Origin: Oscillospiraceae bacterium
GTDB lineage: Bacteria; Bacillota; Clostridia; Oscillospirales; Oscillospiraceae
Assembly (NCBI GenBank): GCA_015068225.1
Contig: SVKX01000001.1
Span: 44,363-108,362 of the forward strand
Reading direction: 5' to 3'
DNA length: 64,000 nt
Below, piece after piece: positions 19,292 through 29,258 of the stretch. The position numbers and the translations under genes were made by a program. Numbering within the stretch: the first letter of the stretch is position 1; every line of letters starts with the position of its first letter. The notes under the pieces were generated by a model. That model did not search any database. It had not been told where the DNA came from and saw only the letters and a program-made list of their open reading frames with translations.

Positions 19292-20341
19292 ATGAATATT
19301 CTGATTCTGGATACTCTGGGACCCGCTGTTTACAGCACTTTCTATACCTCTGAGGTAATGGAAAAAATGAACCAGGTAGGCAATGTGGATTACCTGAGCT
19401 ACGAGCGGAGCGAAGCAGGAAAGCAGGAGCTGATCAAGCGGATCCGAGATGTGGATGTCCTCTTCTGCAACTGGGGCGTGCCGGATCTGGGCGAGGACTT
19501 CTATGAAGCGGCAAATAAGCTCAAGGTTATTGCCTATACCGGCGGCTCCGTGGGCGATCTGGCCAACGAGTCCCTGAGAAAGCGGGAGCATATCTCCCTT
19601 CTGTCCGGCAATGTCTTCTTTGCTGAGTCCGTGGCACAGGGTACAATCCTGTATATGCTCCTGGGACAGAGAAGACTGTACCAGACCCTGAAGGGCACAG
19701 AGCGCACCGGCTGGTGGAAGGTGGATTACACCGACGGCCTGCGGGGCAAGACAGTTGGTCTTGTTAGCTTTGGCATGATCGCACAGAATGTTGCCAGAAT
19801 GCTGCAGGTCTTTGATTGCAAGATCAAGGTTTACAGCAGCCATGGTCTGTCCGATGCGGATATTGCAAAATATAATGTAGAGGTGTGCTCTCTGGAAGAG
19901 CTGTTCAGCACCTGCGACATTATCTCTATCCACTCCGGCATGACGCCTAAGACCTTCCACATGGTTAATGATGAGCTGTTGTCCAAGATGAAGGACAATG
20001 CCCTCATCGTCAATACCGCAAGAGGCGCGGTCATTGATGAGGCAGCACTGGAGAAGTATGCAGCTGCCGGCAAGATCCGTGCGGTTCTGGACGTATTTGA
20101 GGTAGAGCCCCTGCCCAATGATTCCAAGCTGAGAGGTCTGGACAATGTAATCATCGTTCCCCACAACGGCGGTCCTACCACGGATGTCAGAGGCCTGCTG
20201 ACTTTGGACATGATCAATGACGTCGTTAGCATCATGAATGGCAACACCGATGTTCCCAGCCGTATTTCCATGGAATACGCCAAGAACATGACCAGCCACA
20301 AGGTTGTGGCGGATAATAACGCAGCAAAACAGAAACACTAA
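19292..20341 (+). CDS. D-2-hydroxyacid dehydrogenase family protein
   Basis: VNTARGAVIDE, LDVFEVEPL and PHNGG motifs. Confidence 0.85.
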   Translation: MNILILDTLGPAVYSTFYTSEVMEKMNQVGNVDYLSYERSEAGKQELIKRIRDVDVLFCNWGVPDLGEDFYEAANKLKVIAYTGGSVGDLANESLRKREHISLLSGNVFFAESVAQGTILYMLLGQRRLYQTLKGTERTGWWKVDYTDGLRGKTVGLVSFGMIAQNVARMLQVFDCKIKVYSSHGLSDADIAKYNVEVCSLEELFSTCDIISIHSGMTPKTFHMVNDELLSKMKDNALIVNTARGAVIDEAALEKYAAAGKIRAVLDVFEVEPLPNDSKLRGLDNVIIVPHNGGPTTDVRGLLTLDMINDVVSIMNGNTDVPSRISMEYAKNMTSHKVVADNNAAKQKH

Positions 20342-20362
20342 AGAAACAGGAGGCATGACCCA

Positions 20363-22489
20363 ATGAAAAAGAAAGGCGCCGCATATCGCAGAATGCTCAT
20401 GTCCTTTGTAGCGGTTTTTTCGTTGCCGTTGTGCCTAACAATCCTGTTTTATCTTTACAGTGACCGGGTGATGGACGGTCAGATGGAGCAGTCCGACCAA
20501 CATCTCATATCTGCCATCGGCAGCGCCTGTGATCAGGAAATTTCCCGGTATCAGAGCATTTTGAACTGGATTGCCGACAGCGATGCGGTGCAAATCTTAG
20601 CAGACCGGATAGAGTCCGACCCGGAGCAGGATGCGCAGCTGAAGACTGTGCTATCTCAGATGGCAGAGATTTCCGGTCAGGAGCAGGCATTGTTCGTCTG
20701 TTTTCCCAAGCTGAACCTGGTGTATGCTGTAGAAAATGATACAGTCAATTTGTATGGTATCCCCGAATATTTCGGGGATACCGGTTTACAGATGTATCTG
20801 CAAACCGGTTTTTCTGCCTGTCGGATGGCGGGGAAATGGGGCGAGGATGCACTTGTCCTCACCAGTTCAGATGGAAGCTCTGTCGTGGTGGGCGTTGTGG
20901 CTGATTCCCGGATGGGAGCGGGTATTTCGCAGGAAAGCGGCTATGATTGGCTGCTTCTGGACGAAAACAGCAATGTCCTCCGGGGCGATATGGCTTTGCG
21001 GACCTATCAAGGCCGAAGCACAGCAGCCTCCCGGATCGACGGATGGACCTATATTCTGATCAATACCGGCGACAGCTTCAGCTCCGCATCCCAGATTCGG
21101 CTGTTCTTTGTGGTGGGTCTGGTGATCTGCACCCTGATCGGCTGGCTGATTCTTGAAAAAGTGGTGCTGATCAATTACGCACCGGTAGAAGAGCTGATGC
21201 GGCCCTTCAAAAACAGGCGAGGCGGCCGCAAAAAGAATGAATTTCAGTTCCTGCAGGAACAGATCAGTACCCTTATTTCCCGACAGGCGGATATGCAAAG
21301 CACCATTTCCCGCAGCAAAAGCGAAATGCGGAAATGGCATCTGTCTATGATGCTGGCTAAGCCTTACATCCGGCAGGAAAGCGACCCAGAGTGGCAGAAT
21401 CTGGCGGGCAGCTTTGCAGATCAGCAAAACATGGTGCTGCTGATCCGTCCGAAACCCCAGCCGGAAGGGCCCCCCGTATCTGACGGGGATGAGGAGCTGC
21501 GACAGTTCATTATTGAAAATGTGTTTACCGAAAAGGTAGGCGAGTCCTTTGCCTGCCATATGACCCGTATTGACGGTTATCAGGCTATGATTGTCTCTGA
21601 CCCTGATCTGGTATATAAGCAGCCAAAACTCTGGGAGATCATCTATGATACCCAGGCCATTGTTCTGGAGAACTTCCAGTTCCAGCCTGTTGCAGCTTCC
21701 GGCGGCATCCATACCGGCGCAGAGGGCCTCCATGCTTCCTATCTGGAGGCTCGTGAGGCGGAAGAGTTTGTTTCTGCGGTAGAGCACGACTGCGTTCCCT
21801 ACGATACCATTCGGGACAACATTCTGCGTAAGTACGATTATTCCGTTCAGGCAGAAGCCCGGATCCTATCCGCCTTGCAGACCGGAAACGCGGAGCTGGC
21901 GATCGCCTTTATCGACAAGATTCTGGAGCGCAATTTCTCTCCCAACGGTGCTACCTCCAATATGCGCCGTTGCCTGCTTGGTGATATTTATTGCACCCTG
22001 CTGAAGGCTGCCGATGAAAAGGGCTGTATCGAGCGGATTGAGATCAGCTATAACAGCTTTGGAATTGAGCAGTCACTTGATGAACTTCGTGCAAAATACG
22101 CATTGGTTGTCCGCAGCATTTGTCAGGATACCCAGCCCAGAGCGGAGATCAGCTCTGACAAGGAGCTGTGCCTGCGGATTATGGATTACATCCGGGAGAA
22201 CTATGCAGATCCCAAGCTGAACATTTCCCAGACGGCGCTGCAGTTCCGGATGTCACCTACTGCGCTTTCTTCCATGTTCAAAAGCGAGATGGGTAAGAGC
22301 CTTTTGAAGGCGATCAATGAAGTTCGTGCGGAGCATGCCACGGAATTTTTGCGGCAAGGTTTCTCTGTGTCAGAAACGGCAGAAAAGGTCGGCATCACAG
22401 AAAGCTCGTCCTTTATTCGCCTTTACCGCAAGGAAATGGGCATTACGCCCGGCCAGATGAAGACCCATCTGAAAAATGAAAACCAGTGA
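20363..22489 (+). CDS. Membrane-anchored AraC-family regulator (YesS-like one-component sensor)
   Basis: Two TM segments flank an extracellular domain. C-terminal AraC HTH (YIRENY.DP.L ... FIRLYRKEMGITPGQ). Confidence 0.85.
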   Translation: MKKKGAAYRRMLMSFVAVFSLPLCLTILFYLYSDRVMDGQMEQSDQHLISAIGSACDQEISRYQSILNWIADSDAVQILADRIESDPEQDAQLKTVLSQMAEISGQEQALFVCFPKLNLVYAVENDTVNLYGIPEYFGDTGLQMYLQTGFSACRMAGKWGEDALVLTSSDGSSVVVGVVADSRMGAGISQESGYDWLLLDENSNVLRGDMALRTYQGRSTAASRIDGWTYILINTGDSFSSASQIRLFFVVGLVICTLIGWLILEKVVLINYAPVEELMRPFKNRRGGRKKNEFQFLQEQISTLISRQADMQSTISRSKSEMRKWHLSMMLAKPYIRQESDPEWQNLAGSFADQQNMVLLIRPKPQPEGPPVSDGDEELRQFIIENVFTEKVGESFACHMTRIDGYQAMIVSDPDLVYKQPKLWEIIYDTQAIVLENFQFQPVAASGGIHTGAEGLHASYLEAREAEEFVSAVEHDCVPYDTIRDNILRKYDYSVQAEARILSALQTGNAELAIAFIDKILERNFSPNGATSNMRRCLLGDIYCTLLKAADEKGCIERIEISYNSFGIEQSLDELRAKYALVVRSICQDTQPRAEISSDKELCLRIMDYIRENYADPKLNISQTALQFRMSPTALSSMFKSEMGKSLLKAINEVRAEHATEFLRQGFSVSETAEKVGITESSSFIRLYRKEMGITPGQMKTHLKNENQ

Positions 22490-22493
22490 TCAC

Positions 22494-22525
22494 ACAGGGC
22501 GTGCCTTGCGCGCCCTGTGTTTTTG
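22494..22525 (+). terminator. Intrinsic terminator
   Basis: ACACAGGGCGTGC-CTT-GCGCGCCCTGTGT followed by a T tract. Confidence 0.75.
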
Positions 22526-22787
22526 TTGATTTCAGTAGTTATTGCGCAAGGATTCTTCGGAGAAAAAACGGGGTAAAATATGGTGGATGTTCTGGCAGAA
22601 ACATAGGCTCGGTAAACTTTTTGACGAAAATTAGCAAAAACTAAAAATTGACAAAATCTAAAAAACCACCACTTGACAATTTTTTGTTAATAAATTGCGA
22701 CTTTTTTCTATATCCTTATAAGGAAACATGTGGTATGATACATGCAGCTTGGGCAAACCAGGCAAAATAAAAAGGAGGAAAATCCCA

Positions 22788-24512
22788 ATGAAGAAACTTT
22801 TCGCATTGGTGTTGGCCGTTATCATGGTTATGTCTCTGATGGCAGCTTGCGGCAACACCGAAAACCCCGGCACCACTGGTTCCACTGGCACCACTGGCAC
22901 TCAGGGCAGCCAGGGTTCCACCGGCACCACCGGTACCACCGCTGGTAAGGAGTTCTCTTACCCCATGGACACTGACGTCGTCCTCACCGAGTGGCGTACT
23001 CCGAACACCAACATCCACAACCACTATGGCGATGTTGGCGGCTTCGACGCTCTGCCTCTGGCAGCTTGGCTGGAAGAAGCTACCGGCATCAAGGTCGAGT
23101 ATGTTGACGACTACACCGACATGGGCATTGACCTGGAGCGTCAGTGGAACTCCGGTGAGTACGAAGACATCATCAACCTGAACTGGGCTGCCAACTATGT
23201 TGGTGGCGTTGACGCTGCTCTGGAAGACGAAGTCATCATCCCCCTGAACGATGTTATCGACAAGTGGATGCCCAACTTCAAGGCTTGGATGGAGGCTAAC
23301 CCCACCCTGGCTAAGGAGATCATGACTGAGGATGGCCAGATCTACGGCATCCCCAACATCAACTCCAAGGCTGACGCCTTCACTCATCCCACCTACTACC
23401 GCGCTGACATCCTGGAAGAGATGGGCGAGGAAGAGCCCACCACCATGGAAGGCTGGTACAACCTGCTGAAGAAGGTTAAGGCTGAGTATCCCGACATGGT
23501 TCCCTGCGGCATTTACTCCGCTGGTCTGCTGCAGTACGGTGCATTTGCTCACGCTTATGACATCGGCTACGCTGCTGCTCAGAACGGCTTTGCTGTTAAG
23601 GACGGCAAGATCTACTGGCAGAAGGGCCAGGATTCCGCTAAGGCTTTCATTCAGGAGATGGCTAAGTGGAAGGCAGAGGGCCTGCTGTCCGCTGACTGGG
23701 CTATCAAGGGCGCTGCTGACTTCAACAAGGACATCATCAATGGTGACGTCTTCATGGCTGCTGGCTGGATCACCGGTCAGATGCAGTCCGCTCAGGTCGC
23801 TGGCCGTGAGCTGAACCCCGACTTCCAGCTGAAGCACCTGAACACCCCCTCCGTCAATGGCGAGGCTCCCACTCATACTTATGCTAACGCTCTGTACTCC
23901 GGCATCGTTGCTTCCATCTCCACCACCTGTGAGAATGTAGAAGTCGCTGCCCGTCTGCTGGACTACCGTTGGTCCGAGGAAGGCTTCATGCTCTGCAACT
24001 TCGGTAAGGAAGGCGTTTCCTACGACATGGTTGATGGCAAGGCTGTCTTCAAGGCTGACCTGCTGGATGCTACCCACGCTGACTTCCCCGGCCACAAGGA
24101 GTCCATCCTTGAGGGCGACGAGAAGCCTTGGGTTACCTCCGAGTCCCTGGCTCGTTTCTCCATGGGTGTTTGGCCCTTCGGTATGGAGAAGAGCTCTGAC
24201 TACTTCCCCCAGCTGATGACTGAGAAGTGCTGCGCTGACTACCTGAGCCAGACTGCTGACTCCGTCAACAGCAAGTGCTGGGACAACCAGCTGCCCTCTC
24301 TGTCCTACAGCTATGACGAAGGCAAGATCGTTTCCCTGGCTCTGAACGAGCTGAACACTCTGTTCAGCACCTATGCTACCGAGTGCATCAACGGCACCAA
24401 GGAGTGCAACGATGACACTTGGGCTGCATTCCTGGCTGAGGCAGAGGAAGCTGGCCTGCTGTCCGCCAAGATGGCTATCCAGGCTGCTTACGACCGTTTC
24501 CTGGCTAGATAA
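22788..24512 (+). CDS. Carbohydrate ABC transporter solute-binding lipoprotein (LplA-like)
   Basis: MAAC lipobox, Gly/Thr linker, EEATGIKVE, DGQIYGIP, YRADIL and PTT..W. Strong AAGGAGG RBS. Confidence 0.88.
   Translation: MKKLFALVLAVIMVMSLMAACGNTENPGTTGSTGTTGTQGSQGSTGTTGTTAGKEFSYPMDTDVVLTEWRTPNTNIHNHYGDVGGFDALPLAAWLEEATGIKVEYVDDYTDMGIDLERQWNSGEYEDIINLNWAANYVGGVDAALEDEVIIPLNDVIDKWMPNFKAWMEANPTLAKEIMTEDGQIYGIPNINSKADAFTHPTYYRADILEEMGEEEPTTMEGWYNLLKKVKAEYPDMVPCGIYSAGLLQYGAFAHAYDIGYAAAQNGFAVKDGKIYWQKGQDSAKAFIQEMAKWKAEGLLSADWAIKGAADFNKDIINGDVFMAAGWITGQMQSAQVAGRELNPDFQLKHLNTPSVNGEAPTHTYANALYSGIVASISTTCENVEVAARLLDYRWSEEGFMLCNFGKEGVSYDMVDGKAVFKADLLDATHADFPGHKESILEGDEKPWVTSESLARFSMGVWPFGMEKSSDYFPQLMTEKCCADYLSQTADSVNSKCWDNQLPSLSYSYDEGKIVSLALNELNTLFSTYATECINGTKECNDDTWAAFLAEAEEAGLLSAKMAIQAAYDRFLAR
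22869..22940 (+). repeat. Degenerate 9-bp tandem repeat encoding a (Gly-X-Y)8 linker
   Basis: GGCACCACT GGTTCCACT GGCACCACT GGCACTCAG GGCAGCCAG GGTTCCACC GGCACCACC GGTACCACC. Confidence 0.7.
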
Positions 24513-24551
24513 TCGTATCTGCAACTGAACATTTAGTTACTAATTAGCAAG

Positions 24552-24798
24552 CTGTATGCGGCGGCGGCCGCTGCAAGGTGGCCGCCGTTGCATACAGTGT
24601 TTTAACCCAATAGCCCGAAACCGTTTTATCGGCTATCGATTTTCGTAAGCTCGTGTGAAGGTAAAATATCCTGACAATGCGTAGTCTAACGGGTTGTGGT
24701 ATTCTGCTTATGAAAATGGCAGATGCACTTTCGCGCCTGTTTACGAAAACCGATAGCTGTAAGCGGAGCAATCTAAGGAACAAGAAAACGGGGGTTCG
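24552..24798 (+). ncRNA. Structured intercistronic RNA between the SBP and permease genes
   Basis: A 20-bp hairpin at 24552-24597, and a long-range stem 24632-24650/24739-24757 that encloses further helices. Confidence 0.5.
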
Positions 24799-24801
24799 TT
24801 T

Positions 24802-25728
24802 ATGAATAAATCCTTTGGCCGCCGGCTGGGCCGTGATCTGAAATACAATACAGCTCTGTATGTTATGATCATTCCCGTCATTGTGTGGTACTTTATTTTC
24901 GTTTATAAGCCGCTGTTCGGCACGATCATGGCATTCTTTGATTATAGCCCGGTTCGTGGCTATGAAAAGTCTACCTGGGTGGGTTTGGAATACTTCGTCA
25001 CCTATCTGGGCGGTAGAAATTTCCCCAAGCATCTGAGAAATACCCTTGTGCACAGTGCCTGCACTCTGTTCATCGGCTTCCCCAGCGCAGTTGTGCTGGC
25101 CCTGCTGCTGAACGAAGTCAGAGTAAAATGGTTTAAGAAAACTATACAGACCCTTACATACCTGCCTCACTTTGTGTCTCTGGTTGTTTGTATGCAATTG
25201 GTCAAGCAGTTCTGTATGACTGATACCGGTCTGTTTAATGATATTATTGTTATGTTTGGCGGTGAGCGCTCCTCTCTGCTTCAGAATCCCAGCTTGTATA
25301 TGCCAATTTATGTCCTGTCCGGTATCTGGAAGGAGATCGGCTGGTCCACGATCATTTATTTGGCAGCGCTTTCTGCTGTGGATGAGCAGCTGTATGAAGC
25401 TGCCCGACTGGATGGTGCCGGCCGTCTGAAGCAGGCCATCCATGTTACCCTCCCCGGCATTATGCCCACTCTTGTTATCCGCTTTATTATGAACGTGGGT
25501 ACGATCATGGCCGTTGGCTATGAGAAGTCTCTGCTGCTGTATAACGACAGTGTTATGGAAGTTGCGGATATCATTTCCACCTATATGTATAGAATGGGTA
25601 TCGGCGGTCAGATCAAGATGTATGGCCTCAGTGCTGCGGTGGATCTGTTTAACGCCCTTGTAAACGTTATGCTGGTCATTCTTGCCAACAAGCTAAGCCG
25701 CAAGCTCACAGAAAACAGCCTGTGGTAA
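24802..25728 (+). CDS. Carbohydrate ABC transporter permease (LplB-like)
   Basis: QTLTYLPHFVS, GIWKEIGW..IIYLAAL and LYEAA.LDGA (EAA loop). Confidence 0.92.
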   Translation: MNKSFGRRLGRDLKYNTALYVMIIPVIVWYFIFVYKPLFGTIMAFFDYSPVRGYEKSTWVGLEYFVTYLGGRNFPKHLRNTLVHSACTLFIGFPSAVVLALLLNEVRVKWFKKTIQTLTYLPHFVSLVVCMQLVKQFCMTDTGLFNDIIVMFGGERSSLLQNPSLYMPIYVLSGIWKEIGWSTIIYLAALSAVDEQLYEAARLDGAGRLKQAIHVTLPGIMPTLVIRFIMNVGTIMAVGYEKSLLLYNDSVMEVADIISTYMYRMGIGGQIKMYGLSAAVDLFNALVNVMLVILANKLSRKLTENSLW

Positions 25729-25742
25729 GGAGGTAAGTGAAT

Positions 25743-26606
25743 ATGAGAATTAAAAGAACTCCTGGCGAGTGGATTTTCGACACTTGCAACTATGCCTTCC
25801 TGGCATTTCTGGGTATTGTCTGTCTTTACCCCCTGTGGTATGTTTTCTGCGCTGCCTTTTCCGATCCGATTAGCCTGGCAGCCACCGATGATCCCTTGCT
25901 GCTGCCTATAAACTTCTCTTTTGAAAGCGTTATCTATGTTATGCAGAATGACCGTATCTGGAGCGGATTCATTCAGTCCACTCGGTTGCTGGTTTACGGT
26001 ACACTCTGGAATATGTTCTGCACCATCATTTGTGCGTATCCTCTGTCCAGAAGGGACTTTATGCTCCGCCGCCCTGTTATGCTGATGATCACCTTCACCA
26101 TGTTCATCGGCGGCACTCTGTCTGCGGTGTATTTGAACATGCAGGAGTTGGGCTTTACTCCTGAAAGAGGTCTGATCAACCTGTTGATCCCCTTCTCCAT
26201 TGGCACTTATAACATGGTTATCATGCGTACTGCTATCGAGGGTATGCCTGAGAGCCTTGTGGAAGCCGCCCGGATTGACGGCGCAGGACATTTGCGAGTC
26301 ATCTGGAATCTGGTTTTGCCCCTTACCAAGGCTACCATTGCGGTTCTGGCTATGTTCTTTGCCGTTGCCCACTGGAACAACTGGTTCTGGCCCACCTATC
26401 TGCTGAACCGGAAGGATCAGGTTCTGGCTGTCGTTCTGAACCAGCTTTTGGATCCCAGCAGCTTTGAGCTGGATCCCTCCTTCATGAAGTTGGAGGGCAT
26501 GAAGCATGCCGCAGTCGTTATTTCTTCCGCTCCCATCCTGTGCATGTATCCCTTTGTTCAGAAGTACTTCACCAAGGGCGTTATGATCGGCGCTGTTAAG
26601 CAGTAA
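25743..26606 (+). CDS. Carbohydrate ABC transporter permease (LplC-like)
   Basis: AYPLSR, EAARIDGA, HWNNWF and YPFVQKYF.KG. Confidence 0.92.
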   Translation: MRIKRTPGEWIFDTCNYAFLAFLGIVCLYPLWYVFCAAFSDPISLAATDDPLLLPINFSFESVIYVMQNDRIWSGFIQSTRLLVYGTLWNMFCTIICAYPLSRRDFMLRRPVMLMITFTMFIGGTLSAVYLNMQELGFTPERGLINLLIPFSIGTYNMVIMRTAIEGMPESLVEAARIDGAGHLRVIWNLVLPLTKATIAVLAMFFAVAHWNNWFWPTYLLNRKDQVLAVVLNQLLDPSSFELDPSFMKLEGMKHAAVVISSAPILCMYPFVQKYFTKGVMIGAVKQ

Positions 26607-26823
26607 GGTTTACCGTTTATTTGAAGTAAGATTGCTTAAGCAAGAGATCTTTACCCCCGGTCACCTGCTGAGCGGCTTCAAAAGGCAAGCGGTCATAATA
26701 GTTTTATAATTCCCATCAAGAGCTGCTGGCCACCTATGGTGGCCAGCAGTATATAATATACGAAATAAAACAGTATGGCACAGATGGTTAATCTATGCCG
26801 CCGCTTTTACAGGATGGATTGCT

Positions 26824-27609
26824 ATGAATTATAAAATCAGTTTTACCACCATGGCAACGCCGGAGCTGGATATTCCTGCTCAGGCTGCTGTTGCAAGAGC
26901 GTACAATTTTGATGGTGTTGATTTGAGGATCATTGAACGTGGCAGGGGAGAGATTCCCCCGGATCTTACCCCGGAACAGGCTGCAGATATTCTGGAGCAG
27001 TTTGGAGAAATCGAGATATCCAGTCTTATGTGCTACAACAAAAACATTTCCAGCGGTCATGAGGAAATGGTGGCATCGATCCTTAACTGCATCCGTATTG
27101 CCAAATTGCTGAAAACACCCTTGATCCGCATTTTTTCTGGTCGCATCGAAACAGAAGAGGATTTGGATGTATTGGTAGCTGCCTTAAAGGCAGTGTTGGA
27201 GCGCGATGACAGCAGTGTCAAAATAGGCATACAAAATCATGTGAACCACATTTCCGCATTGCAGACCATTGAAGTTTGCGAGCGGGTGGCTAGCCCACGA
27301 GTTGGCATTATTCTTTCTCCAGATCAGTCGGTTGCCAGAGATGAGGACTACGTGCCTTTGCTGCCCCGGGCGGCAAAACATACTTTTCAGCTGTATGTGG
27401 CAGATAAGAATCCGGACAAAGCCTTTGTGCTGATCGGCACAGGTATGATTGATAATGCACGGAATTTGCGCATCCTTAGGGAGAACGGTTTTGATGGGTA
27501 TGTTACTTTGAAATGGGAGAAGGTATGGATTCCTGAACTACCGGAATATCCGGAGGGGATAAGCTCGTTTCTTACCTATTTGCAAGCCCATTGCGGTTAT
27601 CATAAATAA
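26824..27609 (+). CDS. Sugar-phosphate isomerase/epimerase family TIM barrel (AP_endonuc_2/IolE-like)
   Basis: FDGVDLR, IRIFSG, IQNH, IG.G.ID and GFDGYVTLKWEK. Several canonical metal ligands appear substituted. Confidence 0.7.
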   Translation: MNYKISFTTMATPELDIPAQAAVARAYNFDGVDLRIIERGRGEIPPDLTPEQAADILEQFGEIEISSLMCYNKNISSGHEEMVASILNCIRIAKLLKTPLIRIFSGRIETEEDLDVLVAALKAVLERDDSSVKIGIQNHVNHISALQTIEVCERVASPRVGIILSPDQSVARDEDYVPLLPRAAKHTFQLYVADKNPDKAFVLIGTGMIDNARNLRILRENGFDGYVTLKWEKVWIPELPEYPEGISSFLTYLQAHCGYHK

Positions 27610-27723
27610 AGAAAAACCAATTGAATATTTCATTTTACTATGTACTTTATCGGAGAAATATGTTATTATTTCTCCGATAAAGTTTATTCGGGATTACCTT
27701 TGCTGCAGACAGGAGCGATGCGT

Positions 27724-29235
27724 ATGCAAATCAAAATGCTAGAGAATGAATACTGGTGGGGCGGCGTTGTGGATCTGGGAGATAAAATGCCCTATGACGC
27801 CCAATCAGAATGTGAGATTGTTCTGGGTCAGGTGGGCGAGGATCAAAGTTCCCCCCTTTATCTGTCCAGCAAAGGCCGCTATTTGTGGAGCAGTAAACCC
27901 TTCCGTATTTCCTTTCATGCCGGCACCATTACCGTCGACAGCAATTATGAAATCGAGCTGGGAGAGGGCTTTGATACACTGAAGGGCGCGCATAAAGCGG
28001 CTGCAAACAAGTTTTTTGGCAAATCCGCCCGGATTCCGGATACCCGTTTCTTCCGCGTGCCCCAGTATAATACATGGATCGAACTTATGTATGACCAGAA
28101 CCAAAAGCAGATTCTGGAATATGCCCGTTCCATTGTAGATATGGGCATGACACCGGGCATCTTGATGATCGACGAGGGCTGGTCCGAGGATTACGGCGTT
28201 TTCGATTTTTACCCCGGCCGGTTTTCTGATCCCAAGGATATGGTCCGGCAGCTGCATGATATGGGCTTTACCGTGATGCTTTGGGTCACTCCCCATATTT
28301 CGCCGGACAGCAATGCTTTTCGGGAGCTGCGGGATACAGATTATCTCATCCGGGATAAAAGCGGGGAATTTGCCATCCGCAAATGGTGGAATGGTTTCAG
28401 CTGCGTGTTGGATCTGTCCAATCCGGAGGCAAAACACTGGCTTCAGGAAAAGCTTCGCTATGTGGTGGAAGAGTACCATGTGGACGGCTTTAAGTTTGAT
28501 GCCGGTGATCCCTATATGTACCGGGATGAGGATCAAACCCATGTCCGTCAGCTTGGCTTGGACAACACTTCGGATTACAGCCGCTTTGCGGCAGATTATA
28601 CCTTTAATGAGCTGCGTGCGGTGTGGAATATGGGCGGCGAGCCGCTGGTCTGCAGATTGCATGATAAGCGTCACAGGTGGGACTATGACGGACTCAACTG
28701 CATTATCCCCAATACGATTTTGCAGGGATTGCTGGGCTATTATTACGGCTGTCCGGATATGGTTGGCGGCGGAAATTATGGCAGCTTCATAGAGAACGGA
28801 TTCCATCTGGATGAAGAACTCTATATTCGCTGGCTGGAGGCAAGTCTTCTGTGCCCCATGCTGCAGTTCTCCATTGCGCCCTGGCGGGTACTCTCTCCAG
28901 AGAATTATGAAACCGTTAAAAGATTCCTGAAATTCCGGAGCCGGTATGCGGACTATTTTATAAAGCTGGCAAAAAATGCTGCGGAAAATCATGAGCCTAT
29001 TGTGCGCCACCTGGAATATGAATTCCCCGGCTGCGGCTACGAAAGAGAAAACAGCATGTATATGCTGGGTGACAGATTCCTGGTCGTTCCCATGGTGGAG
29101 AAGGGAAAAACAGAGCGAACCGTAAAGCTCCCTCAGGGCACCTGGCGCGGTCTGGACGGGAAAGAATACTCCGGCGGAGCGGAGCTTACACTGGTATACC
29201 CCCTGGATAGGCTGTACATATTTGAAAAAGTCTGA
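27724..29235 (+). CDS. Glycoside hydrolase family 31 (short, NET37/MYORG-like group)
   Basis: QYNTWIE, MIDEGW, GFKFDAGD (nucleophile), CPDMVGGG and QFS.APW. Confidence 0.8.
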   Translation: MQIKMLENEYWWGGVVDLGDKMPYDAQSECEIVLGQVGEDQSSPLYLSSKGRYLWSSKPFRISFHAGTITVDSNYEIELGEGFDTLKGAHKAAANKFFGKSARIPDTRFFRVPQYNTWIELMYDQNQKQILEYARSIVDMGMTPGILMIDEGWSEDYGVFDFYPGRFSDPKDMVRQLHDMGFTVMLWVTPHISPDSNAFRELRDTDYLIRDKSGEFAIRKWWNGFSCVLDLSNPEAKHWLQEKLRYVVEEYHVDGFKFDAGDPYMYRDEDQTHVRQLGLDNTSDYSRFAADYTFNELRAVWNMGGEPLVCRLHDKRHRWDYDGLNCIIPNTILQGLLGYYYGCPDMVGGGNYGSFIENGFHLDEELYIRWLEASLLCPMLQFSIAPWRVLSPENYETVKRFLKFRSRYADYFIKLAKNAAENHEPIVRHLEYEFPGCGYERENSMYMLGDRFLVVPMVEKGKTERTVKLPQGTWRGLDGKEYSGGAELTLVYPLDRLYIFEKV

Positions 29236-29258
29236 TCAACAGGAAAGGGAGATTTGCA

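Noticed and set aside
22621-22678. Three TTGAC motifs upstream of the SBP gene as promoters or AraC sites
   Set aside because: Irregular spacing and no properly spaced -10 boxes. Too weak to call.
22869-22940. Collagen-like Gly-X-Y repeat
   Set aside because: Only eight triplets, Thr/Ser-rich and Pro-free, right after the lipobox. An ordinary flexible tether.
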